Shown: positions 1 to 9,657, counted from the stretch's first letter. The stretch is DNA of 64,000 bases from Clostridia bacterium (GCA_017626395.1 JAGAIU010000069.1:34015-98014); one strand, 5' to 3'. Program-made: numbers and translations. The notes: generated by a model not told the origin, from the sequence alone.

Positions 1-150
1 AGAGAGTTTAATTTATTACCTTTAACAAAAGCAACAATTCAACTGTATAAGACTTATGGAAGACAAGTAACAACTGGGACAAAAGAAGAAAAAGAGGCGG
101 CAAGATTTGTAGCACAATTTATGGATATTTTTGAAAATAGTTTTAAATAA
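1..150 (+). CDS. 3' end of a gene entering from the left edge (product not identifiable from 49 codons)
   Basis: Frame 1 is open from base 1 to TAA 148-150 (...EEKEAARFVAQFMDIFENSFK*) and is followed by a hairpin terminator. Confidence 0.4.
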   Translation, partial: REFNLLPLTKATIQLYKTYGRQVTTGTKEEKEAARFVAQFMDIFENSFK

Positions 151-157
151 AAAATAG

Positions 158-186
158 AGAGTAAGATTTAATCTTACTCTTTTTTC
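158..186 (+). terminator. intrinsic terminator
   Basis: AGAGTAAGAT (158-167) pairs perfectly with ATCTTACTCT (171-180). Loop is TTA, followed by TTTTT. Confidence 0.7.
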
Positions 187-213
187 ACGTTATTTTAGCA
201 TTCTCATACACTA
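187..213 (+). promoter_or_regulatory. possible sigma-K-type sporulation promoter for dpaB
   Basis: AC (187-188), 16 nt, then CATACACTA (205-213) fits AC-N16/17-CATAnnnTA. It lies 17 nt upstream of the dpaB ATG. Match made by eye only. Confidence 0.3.
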
Positions 214-229
214 TATTAGGAGGTGTGAA

Positions 230-808
230 ATGCTAGATAACTTAAATGTGGGACTTGGTATAACAGGTTCTTTTTGTAATTTCCCGAGAATTAAATCTTT
301 AATTGATGCGTTAAAAAAAGAAAGAGTAGCTAAGATAATACCAATAGTATCTTTAGTTACTAATACATATGATACAAGATTTTTTGTAAAAGATAATTTT
401 TTAGAAATGCTAGAGAGAGAAACTGGAGAAAAAGTAATAGATAATATAGTGGCAGCAGAACCCTTAGGACCTAAAGATATGATGGATATTATGGTAATAG
501 TACCTTGTACTGGAAATAGTGTAGCTAAACTTGCAAATGGTATTACAGATACTGCTGTTCTAATGGCCACAAAAGGACATATAAGGAACAATAAACCAGT
601 TGTAATAGGAATATCTACTAATGATGGATTAGGAGCTAATTTTAAAAATATAGGGCTATTATATGATACAAAGAATTTCTATTTTGTACCATTTAAACAA
701 GATGATTATAAAAAGAAACCTAAATCATTAGTTCTAGATTATGATAAAGTAATGGACACTATAAAACTTGCTTTAAATGGTGAACAAATACAACCACTTC
801 TTGTTTGA
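230..808 (+). CDS. dpaB: dipicolinate synthase subunit B (flavoprotein-like, SpoVFB)
   Basis: 192 aa. N-terminal GITGSFCNF, then VPCTGNSVAKLANGITDT, typical of DpaB/flavoprotein family. RBS AGGAGGTG lies upstream. Confidence 0.8.
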   Translation: MLDNLNVGLGITGSFCNFPRIKSLIDALKKERVAKIIPIVSLVTNTYDTRFFVKDNFLEMLERETGEKVIDNIVAAEPLGPKDMMDIMVIVPCTGNSVAKLANGITDTAVLMATKGHIRNNKPVVIGISTNDGLGANFKNIGLLYDTKNFYFVPFKQDDYKKKPKSLVLDYDKVMDTIKLALNGEQIQPLLV

Positions 809-848
809 CAAATCTTAAAAACTCATATATACTTTTAGTGGTGAGATT

Positions 849-1454
849 ATGAGTAGAGAATTTTCAAATATAATCATTTTTAACAATAATACAATAGATT
901 TCATAGCCGAGAAATTAGAGAAAATGATTATAGATTTAGAATATACAAAATGTGAAAAAGATGAAGCGAAAATTAAAATAGATATAATACAAGATGATCA
1001 AAACAACATATGTCTTGTATCATCTGAATATTTTGCTTTTAGTGACTTGGCGACAAATAAAAGTTTAATTAGAAAAATAGCTAAAAGAGTAGCACAAGAT
1101 ACTTTTATGGTATCATCTAAAGAAGATGTTGCAGTTGTAGAAAAATATAGTTTTAATAAAAGAATATATGATTACATAGCGCTAGGAGATGAATCTAAAT
1201 TAGATGAACTAGGATATAACGAGTCATATGCAATGTATATGGAACCAATAGTATGGTCTAATCATTTTGTAGGTAGAAATACACTTGCAGATTTAAATAA
1301 GATACTAGAACAAAGAAAAACATATTTTGAAAATTATGAAGTTTTAGTAGATATGTTAAAATTATATGGAATAAAATTTGAACTTGTAACATATAACTAT
1401 AATGTAAATAGTGAAGTCAATGGTACAGTTAAAAGAGAACTGTTTTTTAAATAA
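849..1454 (+). CDS. hypothetical protein
   Basis: 201-aa ORF with RBS GGTGAG upstream and a terminator downstream. No recognisable motif. Confidence 0.55.
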   Translation: MSREFSNIIIFNNNTIDFIAEKLEKMIIDLEYTKCEKDEAKIKIDIIQDDQNNICLVSSEYFAFSDLATNKSLIRKIAKRVAQDTFMVSSKEDVAVVEKYSFNKRIYDYIALGDESKLDELGYNESYAMYMEPIVWSNHFVGRNTLADLNKILEQRKTYFENYEVLVDMLKLYGIKFELVTYNYNVNSEVNGTVKRELFFK

Positions 1455-1464
1455 TATAAACATA

Positions 1465-1495
1465 AAAAATCCTTGATATTATTCAAGGATTTTTA
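1465..1495. terminator. bidirectional hairpin terminator
   Basis: ATCCTTGA / TCAAGGAT stem flanked by an A-run and a T-run, between convergent ORFs. Confidence 0.65.
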
Positions 1496-1500
1496 TTTGA

Positions 1501-1819
1501 CTAATATATTAACATATTATTAAATAGATTTACTAACATGAAATCATTTAATGAATGTGTGTTAAATATCTTATTGTGTGAAATTATAGTTTTTAACTTA
1601 GCAAAGAATATTTGCATAAAGTTATATTTTTTTACATTACATTTATTTTTTTCTGTTATACAGAATAGTTTTCCAAAAACGTAATGATAATTTAGCTCGT
1701 AAGCTATTTCTTTGTTGTTATATTGTATTATAACTCCGATCACAATTTTCCTGTAAAACAGGCTCCATGTCATTGCTTAAAAAAAGTTTTTTAACTCTTA
1801 AATTTTGGTTCATAATCAT
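1501..1819 (-). pseudogene. possible frameshifted small hypothetical gene
   Basis: Strong RBS GAGGAGGG plus ATG at 1819 opens a 33-codon frame (MIMNQNLRVKKLFLSNDMEPVLQENCDRSYNTI*). The 90-aa ORF 1501-1773 continues in another frame without its own RBS. Confidence 0.25.
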
Positions 1820-1972
1820 AACCCTCCTCAATTTTTAAACTATACTTATATTCTACCACACTTAACATAATATGTAAAGTGTAATTAATATATAAAAAAG
1901 CAAAATATACCTTTATTTTATGTTAAATTTATGGTATAATACCATGTGTATTAAACAAGGAGGACTCTTAAT

Positions 1973-3307
1973 ATGAATATAGGACTTGTTACTCTAGGAT
2001 GTACTAAAAACCAAGTAGATAGTGAAATGATACTTGGCGTATTTAAATCTCAAGGATTTAATATAGTAAATCAAGTAGAAGAAGCAGATATTATAGTAGT
2101 AAATACATGTGGTTTTATTGAATCTGCAAAACAAGAAGCTATCGATACAATATTTGAGATGGCAGAATATAAAGAATATGGAATATGTAGAGCATTAATA
2201 GTTACAGGATGCTTAGCTAAAAGATATAAAGCAGATATACTTAGACTTATGCCTGAAGTAGATTTGTGTATAGGAGTAGATGAATACGATAGATTACCAG
2301 AAATTTTATCAGAATTTTTTAGTCAAAATAAATTACTAGATCAATGTAAATTTTCTCATAAATTAGATTTTAATAACAGAGTTATTTCTTCAAATTATCC
2401 ACTAGCATATATAAGAATATCAGATGGTTGTGATAATAGATGTAGTTATTGTGCAATACCAATGATTAGAGGTGCTTTCAAAAGCAGAAAAATGGAAGAT
2501 ATTTTACAAGAAGTAGAAGGATTAGCTCAAAAAGGTATTAAAGAATTTTGTATTATATCTCAAGACACATCTAAATATGGTTTGGATATTTATGGAGAAT
2601 TAAAGCTTGCAGAATTATTAGAGAAAATGGCTAAAATTGAAGGAGTAAAATGGATTAGAATACTATATATGTATCTATTTGAAACTACTGATGAATTAAT
2701 TGAGGAAATGGGTAAAAATAAAAAAGTTTGTAGTTATTTCGATATTCCAATTCAACATTTAAATGACGAAATGTTAAGAAGTATGAATAGACATGATAAC
2801 AAGAAACTAATATATGATAGAATTGCTAAAATAAGAGAAATTGTTCCAGATGCTATACTTAGAACAACATGTATAGTAGGTTTCCCTGGTGAGACAGAAG
2901 AACAATATAACGAACTATTAGAAGGCATAAAAGAACTACAATTTGATAGACTTGGTGCATTTAGCTATTCAAGAGAAGATGATACAGAAAGTTATGATTT
3001 TGATGGTCAGTTAGAAGATGATGTTAAAGAGGCAAGACTTGAGAAATTATTTGAAACACAAAGACCTATATCTTTAGCTAAAAATAAAGAAAGAATCGGG
3101 AAAGAATATGAAGTTATAGTTGAAGATGTTTCAGAAGATGATGAGTATTTTTCTTGTAGATCAATGCTTGAAGCACCAGATGTTGATGGTAGAATATATA
3201 TTAAAATAGATAAAGAATCAGCAGCTAAAGTAATAATTGGTGAATATATAAATGTAAAAATTATAGATTGTAATGATTATGATTTATTTGCAGAAATAAT
3301 AGATTAG
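1973..3307 (+). CDS. rimO: ribosomal protein S12 methylthiotransferase RimO (radical SAM, TRAM domain)
   Basis: 444 aa. LGCTKNQVDSE N-terminus, CDNRCSYCAIP radical-SAM cluster motif, C-terminal TRAM-like region. Confidence 0.85.
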   Translation: MNIGLVTLGCTKNQVDSEMILGVFKSQGFNIVNQVEEADIIVVNTCGFIESAKQEAIDTIFEMAEYKEYGICRALIVTGCLAKRYKADILRLMPEVDLCIGVDEYDRLPEILSEFFSQNKLLDQCKFSHKLDFNNRVISSNYPLAYIRISDGCDNRCSYCAIPMIRGAFKSRKMEDILQEVEGLAQKGIKEFCIISQDTSKYGLDIYGELKLAELLEKMAKIEGVKWIRILYMYLFETTDELIEEMGKNKKVCSYFDIPIQHLNDEMLRSMNRHDNKKLIYDRIAKIREIVPDAILRTTCIVGFPGETEEQYNELLEGIKELQFDRLGAFSYSREDDTESYDFDGQLEDDVKEARLEKLFETQRPISLAKNKERIGKEYEVIVEDVSEDDEYFSCRSMLEAPDVDGRIYIKIDKESAAKVIIGEYINVKIIDCNDYDLFAEIID

Positions 3308-3316
3308 GAGGTATGT

Positions 3317-4624
3317 ATGTACAATAAAGAGACATTAAAAAAATCTACATTATCTGAACTTAGACAGATAGCAGAAAATTTAAAACTAGATGGTTATGAA
3401 AGACTAAAGAAAGAATATTTAGTTGAAGAAATAATTAAAAATCTAGAAGATAATAATGAAATTGAAGATAAAGTAGATGTGCAAATAGAAAATCCAGAAA
3501 CAGATTATATTACAGAAGGAATACTTGAAGTAATGCCTGATGGATATGGTTTTTTACGTAGTGATAACTATCTTCCTGGAAATAAAGATGTATACGTATC
3601 TCAAGTTCAAATTAGAAGATTTAAACTTGCAACTGGAGATAAATTAAAAGGTATTGCAAGATTTACAACAGACCCACAAAATAAATTCCCATCATTAATT
3701 TATGTTGATGCAATAAATGATGATAGAGTGGATATTGCTTTAAAAAGAAGATCTTTTGAAACTTTAATACCTATTTATCCAAATGAGAGATTAAGACTTG
3801 AAACTGATACTAAAGAGTACTCTACAAGAGTTATAGATTTACTTGCTCCAATAGGTAAAGGTCAACGTGGACTTATCGTTGCACAACCTAAAGCAGGTAA
3901 AACTACATTACTTAAACAAATAGCTAACGGAATATTAAAAAATAATCCAGAAGTAAAACTTATGGTATTGTTAATAGACGAAAGACCAGAAGAAGTAACA
4001 GATATTGAACGTTCAATTGATGCTGAAGTAATTCATTCAACTTTTGATGAATCACCAGAACATCATATTAAAGTATCTAAAATGGCTCTAGAAAGGGCTA
4101 AAAGACTAGTTGAACATAATAAAGATGTTGTAATACTTCTAGATAGTTTAACAAGGCTTACAAGAGCTAGTAACTTAGAAGTAGAACCTAGTGGTAAAAC
4201 ATTATCTGGTGGTCTAGATCCTGCATCATTACATTTTCCTAAAAAGTTCTTTGGTGCTGCAAGAAATATAGAAAATGGTGGAAGTTTAACTATTCTTGCT
4301 ACAACACTAGTAGAAACTGGAAGTAGAATGGATGATATGATTTTTGAAGAATTTAAAGGTACAGGAAATATGGAAGTATTTTTAGATAGAAAATTATCTG
4401 AAAGAAGAATATTCCCAGCAATAGATATTCACAAATCTAGTACAAGAAGAGAAGATTTATTATTTGAAGGTAAAGAACAAGAATGTTCAACATATATAAG
4501 AAGATTACTATCACAATCTAATTCAAATGTTGATATGGTAGAAAAAATAATGAATATTTTAGTAAAAACTAAAAATAATGCGGAATTTATTAAAGTTTTT
4601 CTAGAAAATATTAAAAAGAAATAG
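3317..4624 (+). CDS. rho: transcription termination factor Rho
   Basis: 435 aa. Rho_N-like SELRQIAENLKL, RNA-binding GILEVMPDGYGFLR, Walker A AQPKAGKTTLL. Confidence 0.95.
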   Translation: MYNKETLKKSTLSELRQIAENLKLDGYERLKKEYLVEEIIKNLEDNNEIEDKVDVQIENPETDYITEGILEVMPDGYGFLRSDNYLPGNKDVYVSQVQIRRFKLATGDKLKGIARFTTDPQNKFPSLIYVDAINDDRVDIALKRRSFETLIPIYPNERLRLETDTKEYSTRVIDLLAPIGKGQRGLIVAQPKAGKTTLLKQIANGILKNNPEVKLMVLLIDERPEEVTDIERSIDAEVIHSTFDESPEHHIKVSKMALERAKRLVEHNKDVVILLDSLTRLTRASNLEVEPSGKTLSGGLDPASLHFPKKFFGAARNIENGGSLTILATTLVETGSRMDDMIFEEFKGTGNMEVFLDRKLSERRIFPAIDIHKSSTRREDLLFEGKEQECSTYIRRLLSQSNSNVDMVEKIMNILVKTKNNAEFIKVFLENIKKK

Positions 4625-4679
4625 ACTTTTTTAAAGATTAATAATACAATTATAGTATGGAATAGAGAGGTTGATTAAT

Positions 4680-6323
4680 ATGACAGACAAAATTATAGTA
4701 GACTTTGAGGATGGCAGAAAAATTAGCGTGCCATATGGAACAACTGCAATTGATGCTGTAAAAATGGTAGAAGATAACGTAGAAGATATACTAGCATTAA
4801 CAGTTAATAATGAAGTAAAATTTCAAAAATATGAATTAATAAAGGATTCAACAATAGGATTTGTAAAAATAGATACTGAAGATGGATATAGAGTATATTC
4901 TAAAAGTTTAAAAATGGTATTATATATGGCTATTACTCAGTTATTTGGTAATCAAATAGTAGATTTCCAATCAACTATTAATAGAAATCAATATTTTATA
5001 ATGCCTGAATTTGATTTAACTAATGAAAAGATAGCTCAAATCAAAGAAAGAATGCAAGAGATTATAGATAAAAATTTGACTATAGAAAAAAGAGCTATGA
5101 GTGTAGATGAAGCAACTATGTATTACCAAAAATCTGGTGACGTAGATAAACTTCAAAATATGGCTAATAGAATTAAATCTTATACAAACGTATATTTTTG
5201 TGATGGATTATATAATAACTTCTATGGAGTTCTTGTTCCATCAACAGGATATTTAAAAACTTTTGATTTAAGACCTTTTAGAGATGGAGCTTTACTTGTA
5301 ACTGCAGATAGAGATGGTAACATTAGTTCGATTAGAGACTCTAAACTAATAGATGCAGTAGAAGAATTCTATAAATTTAAAAGAATACTTGGTATTCCTA
5401 ACATTGGAGCTTTAAATGATAAAATATTAAAGAATAATATGTTAGATACAATTCAAGTTGCAGAAGCAATACATCAAAGAAAAATTGTTGAAATAGTACA
5501 AGATATAGAAAAGAAAAAAGAAATTAAACTTATTCTTATTGCAGGCCCATCATCATCTGGTAAAACAACATTTGCTCAAAAATTAGGTGTACAATTAAGA
5601 CTTACAGGATATAATCCAATTACAATTTCAATGGATAACTACTTTAAAGAAAGAGCAGATACACCAAAAGGACCAGATGGTAAATATGATTTTGAAACAG
5701 TTGATGCATTAGATATTGAATTATTTAATAATCAAATGAATTCATTAATAAATGGTGAGACTGTAGAATTACCAGAATTTGATTTCTTAACAGGAACTAA
5801 AAAATATAATGGTAAGTTCTTAACATTAAAACAAAAAGACGTTTTAGTTGTAGAAGGTATACATGCATTAAATCCTATACTTACTAAATTTACACCTGCT
5901 AAGAATAAATATAAAATATATATTGCACCAATTACAACATTAAACTTAGATAGTTATACAAAAGTATCATCTTCAGATACAAGATTCTTAAGACGTATGG
6001 TAAGAGATTTTGCAACTCGTGGTCATAGCGTTGAAAGAACATTTGAACTATGGGGAAATGTTAAAAAAGGTGAAGAAAAATATATATTCCCTTATGTAGA
6101 AGATGTAGATGTAATATTTAATTCAAGTATAATATATGAGCCAGCAGTTATTAAAACATTTGCTCAACCATTATTATTACAATTAGATAAATCAAGTAAA
6201 TATTATGCAGAAGCAAGAAGATTATATGAATATTTAAATAACTTTTTACCTATGGAAACATCAAATATTCCAATTGACTCGTTATTAAGAGAGTTTATAG
6301 GTAATGGTTGCTTTAGTAGATAG
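4680..6323 (+). CDS. uridine kinase-family nucleoside kinase with N-terminal TGS-like extension
   Basis: P-loop IAGPSSSGKTTF and VVEGIHALNP in the C-terminal half. ATG 4680 has RBS AGAGAGG. The ORF track's upstream TTG 4671 is an alternative start. Confidence 0.7.
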   Translation: MTDKIIVDFEDGRKISVPYGTTAIDAVKMVEDNVEDILALTVNNEVKFQKYELIKDSTIGFVKIDTEDGYRVYSKSLKMVLYMAITQLFGNQIVDFQSTINRNQYFIMPEFDLTNEKIAQIKERMQEIIDKNLTIEKRAMSVDEATMYYQKSGDVDKLQNMANRIKSYTNVYFCDGLYNNFYGVLVPSTGYLKTFDLRPFRDGALLVTADRDGNISSIRDSKLIDAVEEFYKFKRILGIPNIGALNDKILKNNMLDTIQVAEAIHQRKIVEIVQDIEKKKEIKLILIAGPSSSGKTTFAQKLGVQLRLTGYNPITISMDNYFKERADTPKGPDGKYDFETVDALDIELFNNQMNSLINGETVELPEFDFLTGTKKYNGKFLTLKQKDVLVVEGIHALNPILTKFTPAKNKYKIYIAPITTLNLDSYTKVSSSDTRFLRRMVRDFATRGHSVERTFELWGNVKKGEEKYIFPYVEDVDVIFNSSIIYEPAVIKTFAQPLLLQLDKSSKYYAEARRLYEYLNNFLPMETSNIPIDSLLREFIGNGCFSR

Positions 6324-6332
6324 ACAATTAAG

Positions 6333-6364
6333 AGAGTGTATAATATCCATTATATGCTCTTTTA
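6333..6364 (+). terminator. intrinsic terminator
   Basis: AGAGTGTATAAT / ATTATATGCTCT stem (two G-U pairs), loop ATCC, T-run. Confidence 0.55.
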
Positions 6365-6416
6365 ATTACAGAATAAAATAAAAATAATGTCATAAATTTA
6401 AAGAGGAGGTAGAATT

Positions 6417-7106
6417 ATGTTAGAGGTATTACAGAATATAATAAGTACAAGTGAATTTCAATTATTCTTTAAATTAATACTCGTATCAGCTCTATCTGGA
6501 TTAATTGGATTTGAAAGAGAACACTCTAGTAAACCAGCTGGATTTAGAACTCACGTGCTTGTGGGTATAAGTGCTGTTTTAGTAATGACATGTGGAGTAG
6601 AGCTTGCAACTAAGTATGGAAATAACGATCCATCTAGAATGCCAGCACAACTTTTATCTGGTATAGGTTTTATAGGTGCAGGAACTATACTAAGTAACGG
6701 ATTTAAAGTAAAAGGGTTAACTACTGCATCAGGACTTTTAGCGGTAACTTGTATTGGTATGTGTGTAGGTGCAGGACTATATTGGTATGCAATAATTGCT
6801 ACATTAATAGTATTTGTTATCTTAAAATACTCATATTTAATAAATGCTCAACTTGAACACAGTATGGAATTTAAGTTTAAAGTTTCTACTAATTTTCCAA
6901 AAGAAGTATTAGATAAAGTAAATGAACTTTTAGAAAAATATGAAGTTGAAATAAAAAAAGTAAGACTTATGGAACCAACAGAGGATGAACTAAGAGAAGA
7001 AGGATATATTCTTTATGCTTGTCGTGCAAATAGTGGTTTCAATAAAAATAAATTTTTAACAGAAATGATGGAAATCGAAAGAGTTAAGCAAGTTAACGAG
7101 TTCTAA
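6417..7106 (+). CDS. MgtC/SapB family membrane protein
   Basis: 229 aa. GLIGFEREHSSKPAGFRTHVLV signature, four to five TM segments, soluble C-terminal domain. Confidence 0.85.
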   Translation: MLEVLQNIISTSEFQLFFKLILVSALSGLIGFEREHSSKPAGFRTHVLVGISAVLVMTCGVELATKYGNNDPSRMPAQLLSGIGFIGAGTILSNGFKVKGLTTASGLLAVTCIGMCVGAGLYWYAIIATLIVFVILKYSYLINAQLEHSMEFKFKVSTNFPKEVLDKVNELLEKYEVEIKKVRLMEPTEDELREEGYILYACRANSGFNKNKFLTEMMEIERVKQVNEF

Positions 7107-7169
7107 AAACTATTCTTAACATAACAAAAAACAACCATAAAAAAGTTATAAAAAAATTAAAATAAATGC

Positions 7170-7198
7170 TTGCAAAAAGTATCTGTTTATAGTATATT
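7170..7198 (+). promoter_or_regulatory. sigma-A type promoter of the permease-UPRT leader
   Basis: TTGCAA (7170-7175), 17 nt, TATATT (7193-7198). Confidence 0.5.
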
Positions 7199-7218
7199 AT
7201 CTTTCAAGGGTGAGAAAA

Positions 7219-7356
7219 ATGAGAAGAGAAAATTATGCATTACAAACAAATACTTCATTTAAAAGTAAAGCAAATTTACTTTCTATTTTTGCCCCATTAA
7301 TATCAGCAGATAATAATTCATTAACATATAATTTAATTTTCGTAAAGAACACTTAA
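7219..7356 (+). CDS. 45-codon leader ORF (possible leader peptide)
   Basis: ATG 7219 preceded by AAGGGTGAG. Translation MRRENYALQTNTSFKSKANLLSIFAPLISADNNSLTYNLIFVKNT*. The stop TAA 7354-7356 lies inside the 5' arm of the terminator. Confidence 0.3.
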   Translation: MRRENYALQTNTSFKSKANLLSIFAPLISADNNSLTYNLIFVKNT

Positions 7357-7383
7357 TATTTTATATATTAAGTGTTTTTTTAT
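7348..7383 (+). terminator. intrinsic terminator / candidate attenuator immediately upstream of the permease-UPRT gene
   Basis: AACACTTAATAT / ATATTAAGTGTT 12-bp stem followed by TTTTTTT, ending 28 nt before ATG 7411. Confidence 0.7.
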
Positions 7384-7410
7384 ATACATTTTTAAAGGAG
7401 GAATTTTTTT

Positions 7411-9474
7411 ATGAAGGAGGCAAAATTAACATTAGATATTAATGAAAAGCCACCAGTGCTAAAATGGATAATCTTAGCACTACAACACGTTTTTGCAATG
7501 TTTGGAGCAACTATATTAGTTCCAATACTTGTAAATGCAGCAGCAGGTACTACAGTTCTTACAATACCAGTTGCACTTGTAACATCAGGAATAGGTACAT
7601 TACTTTATATTTTATGTACTAAAGGAAAATCACCAGTATATTTAGGAAGTTCATTTGCATTTATTACACCACTTGCAGTTGGGGCAGTAAAAGCAGGCGT
7701 AGGTGGAGCAATGACTGGTATGATGCTTGTTGGTATAATCTACATGATTGTAGCAGCAATAATTGCTATATGCGGAAAAGATTGGATTCACAAATTATTA
7801 CCACCTATAGTAATAGGTCCAATGATTATGATCATAGGATTATCTTTAGCATCAAGTGCGGTATCACAAATAGGAATCAGTGCTGGTACTGAAGTTATAG
7901 ATTATAAAGGTGTAATAGTAGCGTTATTTACATTCTTAGTAACAGCAGTAACTATGTTAAAAGCAAAAGGATTTTTAAAAATAATACCATTCTTAGTTGG
8001 TATGGCATCTGGATATGTATTATCTGTAATACTTGGACTAGTAGATTTTACACCAGTACTAGAGGCTGCTTTCTTTAGTATCCCAGATTTTGTACTACCA
8101 TTTATATCATATACACCAACACTTGGTGCAGCATTAACAATAGCACCAATAGCTATTGTAACAATAGCTGAACATATAGGAGATCATTCAGCTTTAAGTA
8201 CAATAATAGGAAAAGACTTAATTAAAGAACCAGGTCTTAATAGAACATTACTTGGAGATGGTCTTGCAACATTTGTAGCTGGTCTTTTAGGTGGACCTGC
8301 TAATACAACTTATGGTGAAAATACAGCAGTTGTAGGTATGACTAAAATAGCATCAGTTTGGGTTATAGGACTTGCAGCAATATTTGCAATATTACTTGGA
8401 TTTTTAGGTAAATTTACAGCACTTGTATCAACAATACCAAATGCTGTACTTGGAGGAGTATCATTACTACTATATGGATTTATAGCAGTAAATGGACTTA
8501 AAGTTTTAATAGAAAATAGAGTAGATTTTGGAAAATCAAGAAACGTAATTATAGCATCTAGTATGCTTGTATTAGGACTTGGTGGAGCTGCTATAGGTAT
8601 AGGAACAGTAACTGTATCTGGAATGAGCTTAGCAGCAGTTATAGGTGTAATTCTAAACTTATTATTACCAAAAGATGATGAAGAAGTAACAGAAGAAAAA
8701 GTAGAAAATAAAAAAGAAGAAAAAGAAGAAGCTAAAGCTGAAGTAGTTGTTGAAAATAACAAAAAAGGTAAAAACAAAAATAAAACTAAAAATGCTAAAA
8801 ACAATACAGAAGTAGTAAGAGTTGAAAAAGTAGAAGAAAAACCAAATGATAACTTAGTTGTACTAAATCATCCATTAGTAGAACATAAATTATCTATATT
8901 AAGAGATAAGAAAACAGGAACAAAAGAGTTTAGAGAATTAGTTGGAGAAATAGGAATGTTCTTATGCTATGAAGCAATGAACGATGCAGAACTTGAAGAA
9001 GTAGAAATAGAAACTCCAATACAAAAAATAGATGCTAAAAGATTAAACGAAGATAAATATGCATTCTTACCAATATTAAGAGCTGGTACAGGAATGCTAG
9101 ATGGATTAATTAAAGTAATTCCAAATGCTAAAATAGGGCATATAGGAATGTATAGAAATGAAGAAACATTACAACCAGTTAGATATTTCTTCAAAGTACC
9201 AAATGGTATAGAAAATAGAGAAGTTCTAGTTCTAGATCCAATGCTTGCAACAGGTGGCTCTGGATGTGATGCAATAGCTCAACTTAAAGAAGAAGGTGTA
9301 ACAAACATCAAATTCTTATGCTTAATTGCAGCACCAGAAGGTGTAGAAAAAATGCAAAAAGAACATCCAGATGTTAAAATATACTGTGCAGCTTTAGATG
9401 AAAAATTAAACGAAAAAGGCTACATTGTTCCAGGACTTGGAGATGCAGGAGATAGAATATTTGGAACAAAATAA
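7411..9474 (+). CDS. upp: fusion protein: NCS2 uracil permease (UraA/PyrP-like), Lys/Glu/Asn-rich linker, uracil phosphoribosyltransferase (Upp)
   Basis: Single 687-aa ORF. About 420 aa are a multi-TM permease ([17 protein letters not shown]). Next is the linker [23 protein letters not shown]...[16 protein letters not shown]. Then a complete UPRT ([37 protein letters not shown]). Confidence 0.85.
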   Translation: MKEAKLTLDINEKPPVLKWIILALQHVFAMFGATILVPILVNAAAGTTVLTIPVALVTSGIGTLLYILCTKGKSPVYLGSSFAFITPLAVGAVKAGVGGAMTGMMLVGIIYMIVAAIIAICGKDWIHKLLPPIVIGPMIMIIGLSLASSAVSQIGISAGTEVIDYKGVIVALFTFLVTAVTMLKAKGFLKIIPFLVGMASGYVLSVILGLVDFTPVLEAAFFSIPDFVLPFISYTPTLGAALTIAPIAIVTIAEHIGDHSALSTIIGKDLIKEPGLNRTLLGDGLATFVAGLLGGPANTTYGENTAVVGMTKIASVWVIGLAAIFAILLGFLGKFTALVSTIPNAVLGGVSLLLYGFIAVNGLKVLIENRVDFGKSRNVIIASSMLVLGLGGAAIGIGTVTVSGMSLAAVIGVILNLLLPKDDEEVTEEKVENKKEEKEEAKAEVVVENNKKGKNKNKTKNAKNNTEVVRVEKVEEKPNDNLVVLNHPLVEHKLSILRDKKTGTKEFRELVGEIGMFLCYEAMNDAELEEVEIETPIQKIDAKRLNEDKYAFLPILRAGTGMLDGLIKVIPNAKIGHIGMYRNEETLQPVRYFFKVPNGIENREVLVLDPMLATGGSGCDAIAQLKEEGVTNIKFLCLIAAPEGVEKMQKEHPDVKIYCAALDEKLNEKGYIVPGLGDAGDRIFGTK

Positions 9475-9517
9475 GTTATATATGAAATAAGAAAAAGAAG
9501 TATACTCATTGTTTATA

Positions 9518-9546
9518 TTGAAATATAAACAAAAAAGTGATATAAT
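9518..9546 (+). promoter_or_regulatory. extended -10 promoter (copy 1 of a twin pair)
   Basis: TTGAAA (9518-9523), 17 nt, TGATATAAT (9538-9546). Confidence 0.55.
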
Positions 9547-9552
9547 ATAGGT

Positions 9553-9626
9553 GTATATAAGGTTTACAAACACCTTATATACTTAAAAATATTATTTTAA
9601 GGGGTAGAGAAATCTACTCCTTTTTA
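9553..9626 (+). ncRNA. candidate small RNA (about 75 nt)
   Basis: Sits between promoter copy 1 and a terminator. 5' hairpin is GTATATAAGG / CCTTATATAC (9553-9582). An AU-rich spacer follows, then hairpin GGGGTAGA / TCTACTCC (9601-9620) plus TTTTT. No ORF. Confidence 0.3.
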
Positions 9627-9628
9627 TG

Positions 9629-9657
9629 TTGAAATCTTAGTATAAAAGTGATATAAT
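9629..9657 (+). promoter_or_regulatory. extended -10 promoter (copy 2 of the twin pair)
   Basis: TTGAAA (9629-9634), 17 nt, TGATATAAT (9649-9657). Shares the string AAAAGTGATATAATAT with copy 1. Confidence 0.55.

Noticed and set aside
7199-7347. PyrR-binding anti-antiterminator loop in the permease-UPRT leader
   Set aside because: No convincing match by eye to the conserved PyrR loop (the ..UCCAGAGAGGCU.. type). The nearest stretch (CAAGGGTGAGAAAAATGAGAAGAGA) diverges too much. Regulation by PyrR is therefore not claimed.
8310-8804. Long antisense ORFs in the track (8310-8804, 8967-9194, 10425-10829, 10974-11240, 29716-30249, 33393-33791, 37802-38272, 44609-45157, 54114-54482, 63032-63850 and similar)
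   Set aside because: Each lies entirely opposite a well-supported gene. They lack RBS signals and have Ser/Phe/Ile-rich compositions typical of the reverse frame of AT-rich coding DNA. They are treated as spurious.
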